Assembly: GCA_964016885.1 (NCBI GenBank)
Contig: OZ024740.1
Span: 197,780,001 to 197,844,000 of the forward strand
Source of the DNA: Eledone cirrhosa
Taxonomy: Eukaryota
Direction of reading: 5' to 3'
DNA length: 64,000 nucleotides
Of this stretch, positions 27,491-41,358 are shown piece after piece (position 1 is the stretch's first letter; each line of letters opens with the position of its first letter). A program made the translations under genes and the position numbers. The notes beneath the pieces were generated by a model, which saw only the letters and a list, made by a program, of their open reading frames with translations, did no database searches and had not been told where the DNA came from.

Positions 27491-30400
27491 GTTCTTCTGG
27501 TTTTATAATTTCACAAATTTTTTCCCAATAGAGAGAGAGTCGGTTTCTAACATAGACACAATACTCTATCATTGGAATTTACACAACATCAACTAGGTAG
27601 ATTATGTATGCATGCATGTGTAGATATGGATGTTATTGTATACGTGGATGTGGATGTTTTGAGTTGTATGTCTGCATGTGTATATGCTCTGCATCTGTAC
27701 ATGCAGTTATTAGATGCAACATTGCATTTCCTAACTAGTTGTGTTCTTTCTGTTCCTGTGAAGCCTAGCTTCTCAAGATTTGTATTGAGGCAGTTACTAA
27801 CATACCCCAGTGCACCAATAATCACAGGCATAAATCTGAAGGTATAACCAGGTTGGAGTATCTGCATATTTCTCATTAGTTCTGCATAAATATTCTCGTT
27901 TTCACTAATCTTTGATATTATATTAGCATCTGCTGGGCAGCTAATTTCCACTACTGTGCATGCTTTCTTCTCCCTGTCCCATCTCATAATATCTGGTCTG
28001 TTATGCCTGCATTTTATTGGGGTTTTTACTAGGTGTTTAGCCTGCATCCCTATCTATTTTGTGAATCAGGTATTTCGTGTTGATTTCCTGTTCTTGGATT
28101 GCAAAAGTGTATCCTTCAAAGTGGGAGCCAATATAGCGGTTGTTGGTCCAAGATAGACTACTTTCTTTATCTATATTACTCTCACTCTGGAGCTTCCTGG
28201 CAACATATACATGCATGATTTTTTGCTGATAAGCATGCAGTTTTTCATCCATGGATTCACTGCGATACTGCTGAGCGACTTCCCTGGGTGTGAGTTTTTG
28301 ATTATCACATACACAGGGAATATCTCTCGAGGACTTCCTTCCCAACTCTCATGATCTTATCTGTTTCATGCAGATAGACTTGCTCGAGAGACGGGCTTCT
28401 ACGCTTCGAGATTCGTAGATATTGTCGGAGAGATGCGACATTCAAATGTTGTCTGGACTGATGTTAGGCCTCTGCCTCTCTGCTTACGTTTCAAGTAAAG
28501 GCGGTCTATGTCACTGTTGATGTGGAAGTTTCCGGTGTTTTTCAGTATTTTTCGAGTTCCAACATCAACTGCTCGGATTTCGTCTATCGTCCAATTGAGT
28601 ATTCCAAACGTTGGTGTTAGGACAGGCACAGCAAACACATCGTGAGCCACTGTTTTGTTTTGTGCAGAGAGTTCCGATGACCAAATCCTTGTTAATCGGG
28701 TGTAGTATTCCCTGGTTACGCGTTCTTTATTACAGATACCATTATAGGATATGTTCTCATCTATCCCCAGGTATCTGTAGCAGTTCTCATCAGATATCGG
28801 TGAAACAGTTAGACCATTGATGACAATGTTGCTAGATTGGGTTGTTGTTTTTCCTCGCTTTACAGTCATATATGAGCATTTATCTTCGCCAAACTCCATT
28901 CCTATATCCTTTGAGAATGTTGTAACCAGGTCAAGACTTTTCTTCATCCCATCCATGTTCTTGGCATAGAGTTTCAGATCGTCCACAAAGAAACTATGGG
29001 TTAGGTTCGTATTTCTGTCCTTCTGTGAGCCAATGATGTATCCCTCACATTTCTTGAGCAGATAGGACAAGGGGTTTAATGACAAGATGAATAATATCAC
29101 AGAGAGACTGTCCCCCTGAAATATACCCCTGCAATATTTTATTTTATCAGTAAAAATAGAGTCCTCCCTCTCTGTCTTTAACCTTAGGATAGTAGCCCAA
29201 GAAGAAGACAACCTCTCTATGGCTCTGACAATAATATCTGGGACTTTAGGAAGCTGGAGGGCATCTATCATCTAAGAGTGGGGAACAGAATCGAAAGCTT
29301 TCCTGTAGTCCAGTAAGACTGTAGCCATATTCCTCCTAAGTTGTCGCACCTCCGACATCGCAGTTTTGTTGATTAGGAGTTGTTCAGCACATCCCCAAAC
29401 CCCTTTCTTTCCAGCTGCTTGTTCATCTGTGATGATGTTATTATTTTCACAGTGATCTTGGAGGAATAGGTTCAGGCAGGCTGTATACATCAGGTTCTGG
29501 CATGCAATGGGTCGGTAGTTTTTTGCTAAGTGGGTGTCTTTGTTCTTGGGGAGCAGTAATGTTTGTGCTAATGTCAACCATTCTGATATAAGTGTATCTC
29601 TATTAAGAACTTATTGGTAGAGGTCAGTAAGAATCTTCCGAAATGTCTCTTCCTGTTGTTTTCTCATCTTGGAGATTTCCTATCACAGTCTCAAGGGTAC
29701 CTTCACTTATTTCGTATGTTTTTGTTGTAGTGTAGGAGCAATAGTTCTTTTGGATTTCTTTTAACCACACTGCATCTTGGTTGAAATTCTTCTTTCACCC
29801 CATATTTTGCTCCAAAAGGAATCTATGTCTTTCTGGGATGGGGCCTCAGTGACACTTATTATTTTGTTCTTCATATTTCATAGACTGATGTTCGGTTTCG
29901 TCTGAATCTTTTATTAAGCCCTTTTCTCTCATCTACCTTCTTCAGGTATCGGTGTTTTTCGCTAACAGCTCTCAATTCTTGTTTGAGGGTGATCAGCTTA
30001 TATTTCAATATAAGCTGATCACCCTCAGTTCTGATTCTACTGTTACCAAACATCGTCTCTATTTTATTTTTCACTCTTTGTTGGCGAGGAGTGAAGTTTT
30101 TTTGTGTTTGTTTGCATGTAAGGAGCATTGTCACATATCCTATGGTTTTTCGTAGGTCAGCAATCTTTTTTTACTATTTTAGTTATATATGATGGTATTT
30201 TTGGTGGTGTTCTGTTCTTGTTAATATCTCTGCTATCACCAAGATAATACTTCACTGTCGTTGCTAAGGCATATAAACAGGCGTTGATTTGCCAAAATGT
30301 TGGGTTTTTATCTGTCGTAAATATTTATCCCCTATTTCGTCAATAACACGTAATATTTCATTATTTGGTTTTTTATTAAACATTGTCGTTCAGCAAGAGA

Positions 30401-31260
30401 GATATTTATACATGAATTAATTTCTCTCTGGAAGATTTCGTTGAGGGAAATTCTCAATTGTTTATACTTTTGATTATTATCATTATCGATAATATTTAAC
30501 ACAACAGTCGACGTAGATTTGGATGGTACACGTGGTGTCAAATTTCTTCGATTATTATTATTATTTCTTCGATTTTTATTATTATCGATAGTGTTTTCCT
30601 CAGCATTCGAGGTAGACTTAGATGGTACAGGTGGTGTCAATTTTCTTACAGGCATAGTTGTTTCAAGGCGCTGTTCGACCTGGCTGCTAAGAAGTCTAGT
30701 AGCATGGCGATCTGTAGCACGTGTTGTTGATTCCATGTTTGTTGTAGGGGACTTACAATTAATACTATTTATCGTATTTTTACATTCAACAAACGTCGCT
30801 TGTTGGCGTAATTGTTTCGCTGTGAAATAATTTAGTTCTGGGTGCATTTCGTCCCAGTGTAGCTTCATTCTGTTCATATAGCCAATGGAGGGATTGTTTT
30901 TTGACCTTTTATAACAAATTAAATAAATCATTATTAAGTTCGCAACTCCAATTTCGGTCTCTTCTGTAGCTACAACTGAATAAAGTTTGTTTACTTTTCT
31001 TGTTGGTTGTCTTCGATACTTCCTTAATTTTGTTGTTGATCTTGTGTTCAGCCATGCTGTTTGTAGCAAATCCTTGTAAAATGAATTATGTATTTAGTCG
31101 GACATCTCTATGAATTCGAATAAAATGTGTCTTCAGAAGACATAGTTTGAAGAATAACCAGTTATTCAACATGACTGTAGTTGTGGCATTACTGTCGGAG
31201 ATAGTATTCATCTTAAATTTAATAAATAGTCTCCCACGCCAAAATATGCAACTGATCGCG
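27491..31260 (-). mobile_element. Near full-length degraded R4/Dong-like retrotransposon (subfamily 2)
   Basis: RT motifs NYRPIAC, DYRKAFDSVPH, GIFQGDSLS, FFVDDLKLY, YRYLG. RLE motif RPDI...VVEISCP. Bounded by (ATGT)n at 27397-27490 and 31275-31390. Confidence 0.9.
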
Positions 31261-31434
31261 TTGACTGTATAGTGTATGTATGTATGTACGTACGTATGTA
31301 TGTATGTATGTATGTATGTATGTATGTATGTATGTATGTATGTATGTATGTATGTATGTATGTATGTATGTATGTATGTATGTATGTATGTTTGTATGCA
31401 TGCATGTATATATGTATTTGTGTATTTATGTAGC

Positions 31435-32303
31435 TAGAGGTTGCTGACAGATTTGTGTATTTGGGTAGTACTCTGAGTGTAACGTGCTCTCTGGATGGAG
31501 AAGTTAGTCTAGTGAGTGAAGAAGCCAAGTGAGTGATTTCGAAGGCTCAGCGACCGTCTTTGGTGCCGGCGAGGAATCACAATGTAGACCAAGGTGAGAG
31601 TGTATGCAGCATGTGTACTGTCAGCTTTGCTGTATGCGTGTGAGTCATGGGTTGCCTATAAATAGAACGATTTCACCAGCAGTGTCTCATAAAGATGTTC
31701 GGTATCAGGTGACAGATGCATGTGAGTGATGTTGAGGTCCTTGAGAGAAGTGAGTGTCGGAGCATTGAGAGTATCATCCAACAACGGCGTTTGCGATGAA
31801 CCGGACACCCCTGCAGAATGGAGGATGATCGAATCCCAAAACAACCGTTGTATGGCGAACTTTGAAAGGGTAAGAGACCACTTCACAAGCCAAGGCTCCG
31901 ATTCAAGGATTGTGTAAAGGACTCATTGGAAAAGAACTGGTTTGATGGTGGCTGACTGGGAGATAAAGACTCTTGAATGGGAAACTTGGCGGGGAATGGT
32001 GAATGATGAGGATAGACGCATAGCGCACAAGAAGATCAAACGGGATGTCTGTAAGCAAAGCACTGGTGTATCTCTCGAAGCGATCGGTGTCTCCATTGAA
32101 TTGAAATGCCCTGCGTGTGGAAAAATTTGCTAGATCAAATCTGGTCTAAGACCTGATGTGAGACCCGAGGCCAGAGAGATCCATAGTTGTCGTCAATGTG
32201 AGAATGAGTGCAAGTCTAGCAGGCTTGAAAAGCCATATCCGAGCGTCACACATCTGAACTTGACAAGCGATTGCAATACTCTTAGCAGAGTTTGCAGCCA
32301 TCA
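31435..32303 (+). mobile_element. Degraded RTE 3' fragment
   Basis: TTTGTGTATTTGGGTAGT (FVYLGS), CTGTATGCGTGTGAGTCATGG (LYACESW), LYGEL, CPACGKIC. Ends GCAGCCATC(ATGT). Confidence 0.8.
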
Positions 32304-32969
32304 TGTATGTATATATGCATCTACATAGTATGTGTGTTTGTACATATGTATACGTATGTACATGTGTGTGTTTGTTTGGAGAATCTTAAAAAGAAATGAC
32401 ACCTATAAACATGAAACACGGTATATTATAAAATGTATTTTGTTACTGAATACAATTCACAAAATAGTTATCGATTTTGATTATACATTTACGATTAAAA
32501 AATATTCAAGTCCTTCCGAGTTTGCTTTGAAATACGAGAAAAACAAAATATTTCTTAGTTTCATATCTGCTGGCTTTGTTGTAGCTCTGGAAGCTTACAA
32601 TGAAAATATCAATGTTTTATGTAGACTAAAACTAAGGCAAATCCTTTCTTCTCATTTACTACCACCCCAGTATATGTAATACCTAATGTATTAAAACAGA
32701 TCTGTTGCTTCTGTTAAGACAAATTAATTAGAGCGCACACATCAGCGAGGCCAGCCAGCCACCATATATTTGTCCCGAATCTTTGGAAATACTTAATGAA
32801 TTGCAAACAGCTCCGTTGCTTCCATTAAGATTAAATAGAGGTAGCCTGTTCGGGTATACACCTCAGAGATGCCTTCCCTTCCACAATATATTTGTTCACT
32901 CTCCTTGGATGAAGCTAACGAACGAGGGATTCGTCAAAGACCACATCATTTGTTTATGTACATTCTTAT

Positions 32970-32970
32970 G

Positions 32971-33049
<79 letters not shown>

Positions 33050-33066
33050 TTACTACTACTACTACT
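32970..33066. repeat. (ACT)n microsatellite
   Basis: Directly visible. Confidence 0.95.
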
Positions 33067-33282
33067 AGACTTAAGAAACTACCACCGTTCGTCCGTATCA
33101 CTCCATTTATACCTTTCATTTTTTCGAATTTATTCTTGACTATTACATGCAGGCGATAGAATGTGATCTCTAAATATTGCATACAAATATATACATTCTA
33201 AATGACAGACAGACACTTTGATTATCTGTACAAGGAATATTTATTAGGATGTTGTTTAAGTGTGTAGAAGCTGCTAAATATT

Positions 33283-33603
33283 CGGTCGCCCTCATGTCTC
33301 TGATTTTCAGCCCCATGGATTTTGTCTATTATATTCCTTTGTTATTTTTTGAATGCCTGATGATGTCACCCGATTCATACTGAACCCGGTCATTGAAATG
33401 ATCATAGTATAATAAACCTTTCAAGGATTTACACCAGTCCAGCGTCCTGTTATTTTATAATAATTAACTCCGTACTCGCACCACCAACTACACAAACGAA
33501 GAAGGGTGAGTTGCATTACGTTGAGTGCTCTCCATGATATTACATCGAGGTTGACCATATGGAATGACCAGTTCTATCCAATGGTGAACCAACAAACCTA
33601 AAT
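33283..33603 (+). mobile_element. HHR element family D (HHR at 33353-33410)
   Basis: Similar to 48092-48412. ATGC-CTGATGA...GAAATGATCATA|GTAT AATAAA. Ends at (TA)n. Confidence 0.75.
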
Positions 33604-33605
33604 AA

Positions 33606-33662
<57 letters not shown>

Positions 33663-34738
33663 CATTCTAAATGATTCATGGTAGTCAACGGGAAAGTATT
33701 TGATATACTGCTTTGCTCACGAGGCTTTGCATATTAAAAATATATTGATAAACGACAATCACATATACATACATATGTGCATTCATACATACATGCATAT
33801 ATACATTAGCATTTATATATCATAGGTGTTCAGTGCATTTTTGCCGAGTAGCAGACATGATGTGGTAGGAAAAGAAAACGTAATTATACGTACACATACA
33901 TACGTTTTAAATAGTATAAACATGTACATACATTTTTATCTAAATATTCATTGGAACTAAAAAAAAAAACTCGACAGAGTTGGCTTCGATAAATGTGAAC
34001 TCGATTGAAACTAATTTGAACCAAAGTACATTTGTCAATAAACTACCGCAGAACACTTCAAGTGTTTTTGGCCAGTTGCGCTAATTCGGTCGACATCGTA
34101 AAAAACCTACTTCTACCTACAATATTTCATTCATATACAAATACGAAACAACAATAAAAATCTAACTCCAAACATAGATTATAAATAAAACACCGACTTT
34201 GCATTGTAAGTTCTATTAACCAGAGCATTCGGGAGTAAGCCATTAAACCATCACACTGTCTGTCTCTCAAAGAGAACGCACAATACGTAATCTTTCCAAA
34301 TTGAATTCTTTTCAGCAGACAGATCTTCAGCTATTGCTCCAAGTTTTGATCTTAAGTGACAGTCGTGGACCGGTTGAACCACTTTAGATTAAAACGTTAC
34401 TGACAGAAGAAGTGATGTGGGGCTGTCAGGTGTTCAGAGGGTTTTTAAAACGCTGTCCGGAAACCTTCCTTGAATTAGTGTCACAATGTACGCTATCAAA
34501 TACTCTTATCAAATGTCAATAAAATGATTTTACAAAATTCTACCCATTTTGCTACCCTTCTTTGATCTCTCACTCACTATATATCTCTTTCTCTGTGTGT
34601 CTCTCTCAATCAGTCTCTTCAGTGGTTCTGTATTTATCTATGCGAACCGTGGTAATTACAAATTGAAGAATATCTGTGCTCTGTGTGCACACCATACCGT
34701 ATATATATATATATATATATTACACACACACATATATA

Positions 34739-34770
<32 letters not shown>

Positions 34771-34927
34771 ACAGAGAGGGTGTGGTAAGATATCAGGTAG
34801 ACCATAATGCACAAGAGTACTCGAGACTTGGGGTAGTAGAGTGGGTAACATGAGAAGATTTAGGACCGGTTCCGGCCGTTTCGAGAGAGCTAGATCTGGA
34901 GCTCAGGCGTCGGGGTGCTGAATCATT

Positions 34928-34929
<2 letters not shown>
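34771..34929 (-). repeat. Family G copy 2
   Basis: Similar to 9241-9373. Flanked by (TA)n. Confidence 0.55.
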
Positions 34930-34964
<35 letters not shown>

Positions 34965-34970
<6 letters not shown>

Positions 34971-35035
34971 ATTATGCGGATTTCAAAAACAAATATCATC
35001 ATGCAATTATATTTGTGTTTTCATCAGATAAAATA
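34965..35035 (-). ncRNA. Type I hammerhead ribozyme (family B-related)
   Basis: Reverse complement: TATTTTAT-CTGATGA-AAAcACAAATAT...ATATTTGTtTTT-GAAA-TCCGCA-TA|ATAAAATA. Perfect 8-bp stem I. Confidence 0.75.
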
Positions 35036-36214
35036 GGAAGACATGATATGAAGGTTAAAAAACACTTGTGGATAGTGCAGTTTTAAATCAACATATGAAA
35101 AGTAGTTTTAGCAGTAGTTTCTTATCCGATATCTGCATTGCTTTATTGTACTACAATAAAACTCACCTCCTACATTATAAACTAGCATGAGTTTCACTGC
35201 TAGTACCGGTTGCATCTCAGCCTACTCAATAGGTAATGTTAAGTAAACTTCCAGAGTAGAGACATAGTTATTTACGTTAATACAACACACGTAAATGGGT
35301 ACCTTCAATCTATACCCGAACCCGGGTAAAAATGTAAAAAGGCAAAAAAAGGATTAACACGGATAAGCGATATAATAGGTTTTATTCCAAGCATTAACAT
35401 ATGTTTCATCGCATAATTAGTAATTGATTCTTGTCTTGAAACTTCTATCATCAATAATCGATTGACAATTGTGAATTTCGATTTTTAATACATAAAACAA
35501 TATAGCCACCATGTGAAATTTCAAAATACTGATTAGTATTACAAGATCAAGGGTGTTCTGCTCGAACAATCTGGTATTACATGTGTTACCGATTTGCCGG
35601 TAATATGAAATTTTCCAATATTGACATGAATAGCCGCGACCAAGCATGTAACTTAGAGAGTGTGGCGAACAAATTCACGAGAGCAACCAATAATTTACAG
35701 AATGGATTTCTGAAGAGGAACGTAAAGAAACCACAATTAAATAAGGTACTGATTTCATATGTTATCTTGATATAAAGTTAGTTGTTTTTTCTGTTTCTTG
35801 ATATGTTTCAAGTTAGCCTCGAATTCAGTTAATTATATAAGATAAAACAAGATCTTAAGGATAGTCGTGGTTAGAAACTCCTTCCAGTATGGCAGTAGGG
35901 ATTCAACAAAGTTCGTTGAAATAATAATGGTGGCGATATAAATTAAAGTTACCTGACAGGAACATTTACGATTATAACTCGTGTGTTAAATTCTATTTAT
36001 TTTCTTTCAGAACGTTTGATGTGTGATTTTGATTCCATCAAACTGTCTGTGGACAAATAATAGAACTAGCGTCATGCCCCATCAATTTCTATTAATTCAT
36101 TATAAGTATTTATTGTTTTCATGACTGATCTTACTTTACTACTAACTTTAGCACAACACAGTTCTACACATAAACATAATTAATTTTATAGAAAGAAAGT
36201 TTTATTTTAGTACA

Positions 36215-36400
36215 TACTCTTTTACTATTTGATTAGTTTTAGCCATGAGACTGCGTCTATGCTGAGGCTTCACGTTAAAGGGGTTTAGTCAATAATATGA
36301 ACAACAGTACGTATGTTTTTGCAAGTCTAGAACCTATTTCGTCATCTCCCTTTGTCAAACCGACCATTATGTTACGAGATGTAATCAAATAGTAAATGGA
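36215..36400 (-). mobile_element. Degenerate SINE
   Basis: TACTCTTTTACT...GACTGCGTCTATGCTGAGGC...GGGTTTAGTC resembles an octopus-type SINE end. Confidence 0.4.
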
Positions 36401-36455
36401 CGCATACTCTTATACATTCATACTGCCCATATATATATATATATATATATATATA

Positions 36456-38580
36456 ATCGAAGAAATAGATGAAAGAGAAGCAAGCCGTTAAAATATATTT
36501 ATAACAAGCTCTTACACTTATTACGCCCAAGTTGGGCTCATCAGAGGCTCACAAGAAAATAAAGGGTTTAATTAGGAACCCTTTAAATGGTACAATCATC
36601 GATCCTGCAGAGATACTCAAGATTTATTCCGTTAGTGTGGAGGAATACGACGAGGCAATCAGGTCCGGACACATGTAGTGCAACACCCTTGAGGGATGAC
36701 GGGGGCTGGATAATAGATGTTCACAGATGTTTAATTTTTAGCCCACCGTTTTAAGACATGCCAGAGCGCGGTGTAAAATGCCCTGGTACTATGGTGTTTG
36801 AGTATTATCCGGGGTCCATCTGTAGAATGACTGTTGTAGTCTATGGCCGCAATTGATGACGGTTTCGGCTCGACTGTTGAGGAGGTCAGGGGGCGCTTGC
36901 ACTATATAGTAAAGCTCCATGAGACAGAGCTGGCAGTTTTTCTTGAAGTTGTAGGGCGTTGCCTGGTTGACAATTTCCCAATAAGTGAAGCTAATGCTAG
37001 CGTCGTTTAATCGGGTGATGTAATTGGCGAGGGATGTAGAGTACCTTAGCTTCCTATTCCTAAAAGAGTGAAGATGCGCTCGAAATCTAGTCTTGAATGA
37101 CCCAGAAGTGGCCTCTATGTAATACTTGACACTATTGTGGCTAGTAACGGTACATCTATATATAACATTTTTAGTTAGGCATTGGCCCCGGAGCGGACAG
37201 TTAGCAGGGTCACGTCAATTGCAGTGCTTACTACGGTCCCCTCCGATTTGGCGGTTGTTAGTACCCACTGCAATAATATTATTAATATTATTATTATTAT
37301 TAGGACAACGGCTTCTATTGTTGTCGTTAGTATTACCATAGCTAAGGACACATAGGGTAGTACCCTGCGTACGTCGTATGTTACCGCGCCTTCTACTGTA
37401 GCTGTTTGCTCCATTGGGGTCCGTACCGCAACCATCAGCCGCACTACTATTTTGGCGAGCATGTCGGTCAAGGTTATCACCAACATTGCCGGATGCGGCT
37501 AGGGAATCGCTAGGGTTATCTAATCCACCGTACTCTCTAAGATTGTCGTTGCTAGGATGCTGTGTTTTAGTGAGCTTGTTGTAGTTACTTATCGCTATCA
37601 GGTCAGCTAGATTGGCTGTAGTGGAAAAGGATATTTTTACGTTATTCTTATTGAGGATGTTTCTGTATTTATGGTTAGGTGGGAAGTTTTTCTCTAAGGC
37701 CTCGAAGAAGATTCTATATAGGTCTGAGGCCACACTCTGAGAGTATGGAGGATGGAACCACAGGACATTACGTTGGCGGTTCCATGTAGCTGTGGGTTTA
37801 CTGTGGGCTGTGCTGTCCGGGTGACCGCTCTTATCGTTGCTAATGTGTTACTGCCTAATGCGCATATTGTTTGCGTAATGCCAGGGATAAATTTTGAGTA
37901 TCTCTGCAGGATCGATGATTGTACCATTTAAACACCATGGGCGTATAATCATGTGATTGTGCAGGGCTTGGCGTTTATTCCTTTACACCTCTCGGCGTTT
38001 AAACGTTTGTTATAATTGCAGCTTCATACTAACTTAAACCGGTACATAAGTTTCATCGACCTTAATATTATTGAACACTCACATTCATACTTTAACTGTG
38101 CCTCTGCAAATTGGCTTGACAAAGCATAATTAAATTAGCACGTAGTAAATATACTTAGGGGAAGAAATAAATATTTTGTAATAGTGGACGGAAATTTAGC
38201 AGATAATTCCAAATAGCATCGTTCACAAACATAAACATCTAACTTTGTAACACCGAGATATGAATTTCGATGTTAAAATCGTACTCCTACCCATTCAGGG
38301 TTCCTAATTAAACGCTTTATTTTCTTGTGACCCTCTGAGAAGCCCAACTTGGGCGTAACATTGTAAGAGCTTGTTATAAATATATTTTAACGGCTTGCTT
38401 CTCTTTCATCTATTTATTCGATTATAATTGGTCTGCTAAATATTAACGCTTCTAATATTTAACCCTGTAGGCACAAGCATTGAGCACAAATGCACCTGCT
38501 TATGGCAATTAATTATCTGTATCGTCTCTTTCTATAACGCTTCCTCTCTCTATTCTCTCTCACGATACTGTAACATTATA
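36456..38580 (-). mobile_element. 5'-truncated Penelope-like element (GIY-YIG region) with inverted pseudo-LTRs
   Basis: Minus-strand 36900-37790 encodes FPPNHKYRNILNKNNVKISFS...NVIYRCTV...YYI...FKTRFRAHLHSF...CQLCLME. 36456-36630 recurs inverted at 37884-37932 plus 38298-38425. HHR-like motifs at 36506-36550 (-) and 38329-38372 (+). Confidence 0.85.
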
Positions 38581-38759
38581 CACACACACGCACACACACA
38601 CGCACCCCCCCCCCACATATATATATATATATAACAGACTTTGAACAGAAAATAATTCTATTCTATGCAGGAAATAGACAAAAGTCCTACGCAAGATAGT
38701 AAAAGCAAATTCCCCCGCTGCTATAACTGAAAATTATGTAAACGAATAAATATATAGAA

Positions 38760-39840
38760 TATGGCGGCCATGACTTCCGGTCCCTGATCTCACTAGATTT
38801 GCCGGCGTATCTTTCGGCGGTAACCTCGTGCCGCGTCTTCGTCAGCAGGGTTTTTGAAAACACAAAGAACCCTCTGTGTTCAGAGAACGCCTGTGAGACG
38901 TGGGACCGGCTGGGACTTAGCCCAGTAGACGTCCCTCCTCCTTCTCCCTCTGTTGACGTAATGTCACCCCAACGCACTTGGGATGCCACCCAGTGCAGCC
39001 TGGCCTCAGACAGGCTCATGCGCCAGCTCAACCAGCATCGCCTCGAAACCCCACAGTGGTGCCTGGCTCCATGCCCTGCCCTCCTTCTCCACTGGCACGC
39101 AGCTAGACAACCATAGCCTGCGCATCGGCGTTTCCCTGAGGCTCGGCCTCCGGATCTGCCAGCCACACCAATGTCGCTGCGGTTCTACCCGCTTTCCTGT
39201 CGCCACAGTGCCGGCCGCATTCCACGCCATGCTTCCCTCAACGAGGTCATTAAGCATGGCTTGGACGCTGCAGGCTTCCCTTCCCATTCGAGCCGGTGGG
39301 GCTGGATCGAGGGGACGGCAAAAGACCAGATGACATGACCATCTTCCCGTTCCGCGGAGGCAATCTCTTCGTCTGGGATGCCACTTCCACCGACACTTTT
39401 TGCAGCCGCAACCTGGTGCAGTCTATGACTGACCCAGGTTCTGCTGCACGTCGAGCTGAGGGTGCCAAACTCCTAAACTGCTGGTCGCTCTCCGACAGGT
39501 TTGCGGTCGTACCCCCCTGGCAGTGGAGGGTTCTGGTGTCCTTGGCCCCAGGGCTACCTCCTTACTCACCACCATAGGCGCTGATCTGGCCAGCCGCAGG
39601 TGTGAGCCCCGCGAGTTGGAGTGGCTTTTCCAGCGCGTCTCCCTTGCCGTCCTCCGAGGAAACGCCTTCTCCATTCTGTCGACCGGGGCTGTGGGTGGGC
39701 CCCATCGCGTACCGTTGTAGTTGTTATATACAGATAGTAACTCGTTTTTCAAGTTATTTGCCGATTATTCTTTAATCTGTTATCTTAATACAACTGTGTG
39801 TTCATATTTTCTATATATTTATTCGTTTACATAATTTCTT
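38760..39840 (+). mobile_element. CRE-clade-like RLE retrotransposon 3' fragment, copy 1
   Basis: [10 protein letters not shown]...LRLG...CRCG; [27 protein letters not shown]; FQRVSLAVLRGNA. Confidence 0.8.
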
Positions 39841-39934
39841 CGTTCCCATTCGTGCAGAATAAAAATTGCCATGAACGAAACAAAGATGAAAAAAAAAAAA
39901 AATCTATAAACATAAAAAAAAAAATAATAAATGA

Positions 39935-40478
39935 TCACGCATTTGGTTCCATATTGTTGGAACAGGTTCGTAGCAGACAAGCTGAACTTTTCGGATGCTT
40001 ATTCATGTGGCCGCTGTTTTTATTCCACAGTTTCAATATAGAGCCTTGCTTCCTACTGGTAATATGTAGCCAATCAGGTTTCAACATTCTCTAAGCAGTA
40101 CAGTATATGAAAGCCCCTGTAGCTGCATTTGCCAGCTTTTGATCGACTTTTATCAATACCACTGCTAACATACGCAACATGACAACGCAGCGAGGCAACA
40201 TTTTCCAACATTACTCAAGTAGTTTTAAAGGAGATTTAAATCCAGCTGGTTCAAAGTACTCTTCCAATTTGTTTTACTTGGTCTTCAAATTTCGCCGCTT
40301 TCTGTTGAATTTCTCTGATGTTTAGGAGAGTGGCAGTATATATATCACATTTTATTGATAGACGAACGAAAATGATGAATATCATACACTCTAGAAATTG
40401 TATTTCCTACTGACAGTTCCAAGCGATGATTTATATAATTTTAGAATACTTCAGCAACAATCATTGAGCCACACACCT
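39935..40478 (-). pseudogene. hAT-family (KIAA1586/ZNF862-like) transposase relic, copy 1
   Basis: NHRLELSVGNT..V..IHHF.S.I.K...Y..SPK.QR...KQIGRVL.T.W resembles the H-C-x-x-H-RLEL...TRW region of these transposases (recognised by eye). Confidence 0.6.
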
Positions 40479-40694
40479 TGCATGTACCTATAAAATTATG
40501 TAGATACCCACAGCATTGGGTATGTATTGTTAATGTTTTTTATAGGTACATACATAACATTATGTATGTACCTATAACATTGGTATGCACTCATAACGTC
40601 ATATATATACCCATGAAATTGTGTATATACCCATATCATTGAATATGTAGCCCTAACACAGTGTATATATTTATAAAATTATCTTTGATCTCTT

Positions 40695-41358
40695 TCGGCC
40701 TCCACCTGCTTTCCTGTCGCCACAGTGCCGGCCGCATTCCACGCCATGCTTCCCTCAACTAGGTCATTAAGCATGGCTTGGACGCTGCAGGCTTCCCTTC
40801 CCAGCTCGAGCCGAAGGGGCTGGATCGACGGGACGGCAAAAGGCCAGATGGCATGACCATCTTCCCGTTCCGCGGTGGCAAACCCCTCGTCTGGGATGCC
40901 ACTTGCACCGACACTTTCTGCAGCCGCAACCTGGTGCAGTCTGCGACTGACCCAGGTTCTGCTTCACGTCGGGCTGAGGGGGCCAAACTCCTCAAATACT
41001 GGTCGCTCTCCGACAGGTTTGCGGTCGTACCCCTGGCAGTGGAGGGTTCTGGTGTTCTCGGCCCCAGGGCTACCTCCTTACTCACCACCATAGGCGCTGA
41101 GCTGGTCAGCTGCAGATGTGAGCCCCGCGAGTTGGAGTGGCTTTTCCAGTGCGTCTCCCTTTCTGTCCTCCGGGGAAACGCCTTCTCCATTCTGTCCGCC
41201 GGGGCTGTGGGTGGGCCCCATCGCGTACCGTTGTAGTTGTTATATACAGATAGTAACTCGTTTTTCAAGTTATTTGCCGATTATTCTTTAATCTGTTATC
41301 TTAATACAACTGTGTGTTCATATTTTCTATATATTTATTCGTTTACATAATTTCTTCG
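40695..41358 (+). mobile_element. CRE-clade-like 3' fragment, copy 2
   Basis: ORF 40778-41236: RPDGMTIFPFRGGKPLVWDATCTDT...PLAVEGSGVLGP...LRGNA. Confidence 0.8.

Noticed and set aside
35183-35225. Segment shared with 45858-45892; minus strand CTGAGAT...GAAAC
   Set aside because: Core spacing is wrong and no stem I is found. Only a repeat fragment.
35581-36060. Possible host exons (AAG|GTACTG donor, TTTCAG acceptor, minus-strand CAG|GTAAC)
   Set aside because: No recognisable protein. The minus-strand candidate exon has stops in all frames.
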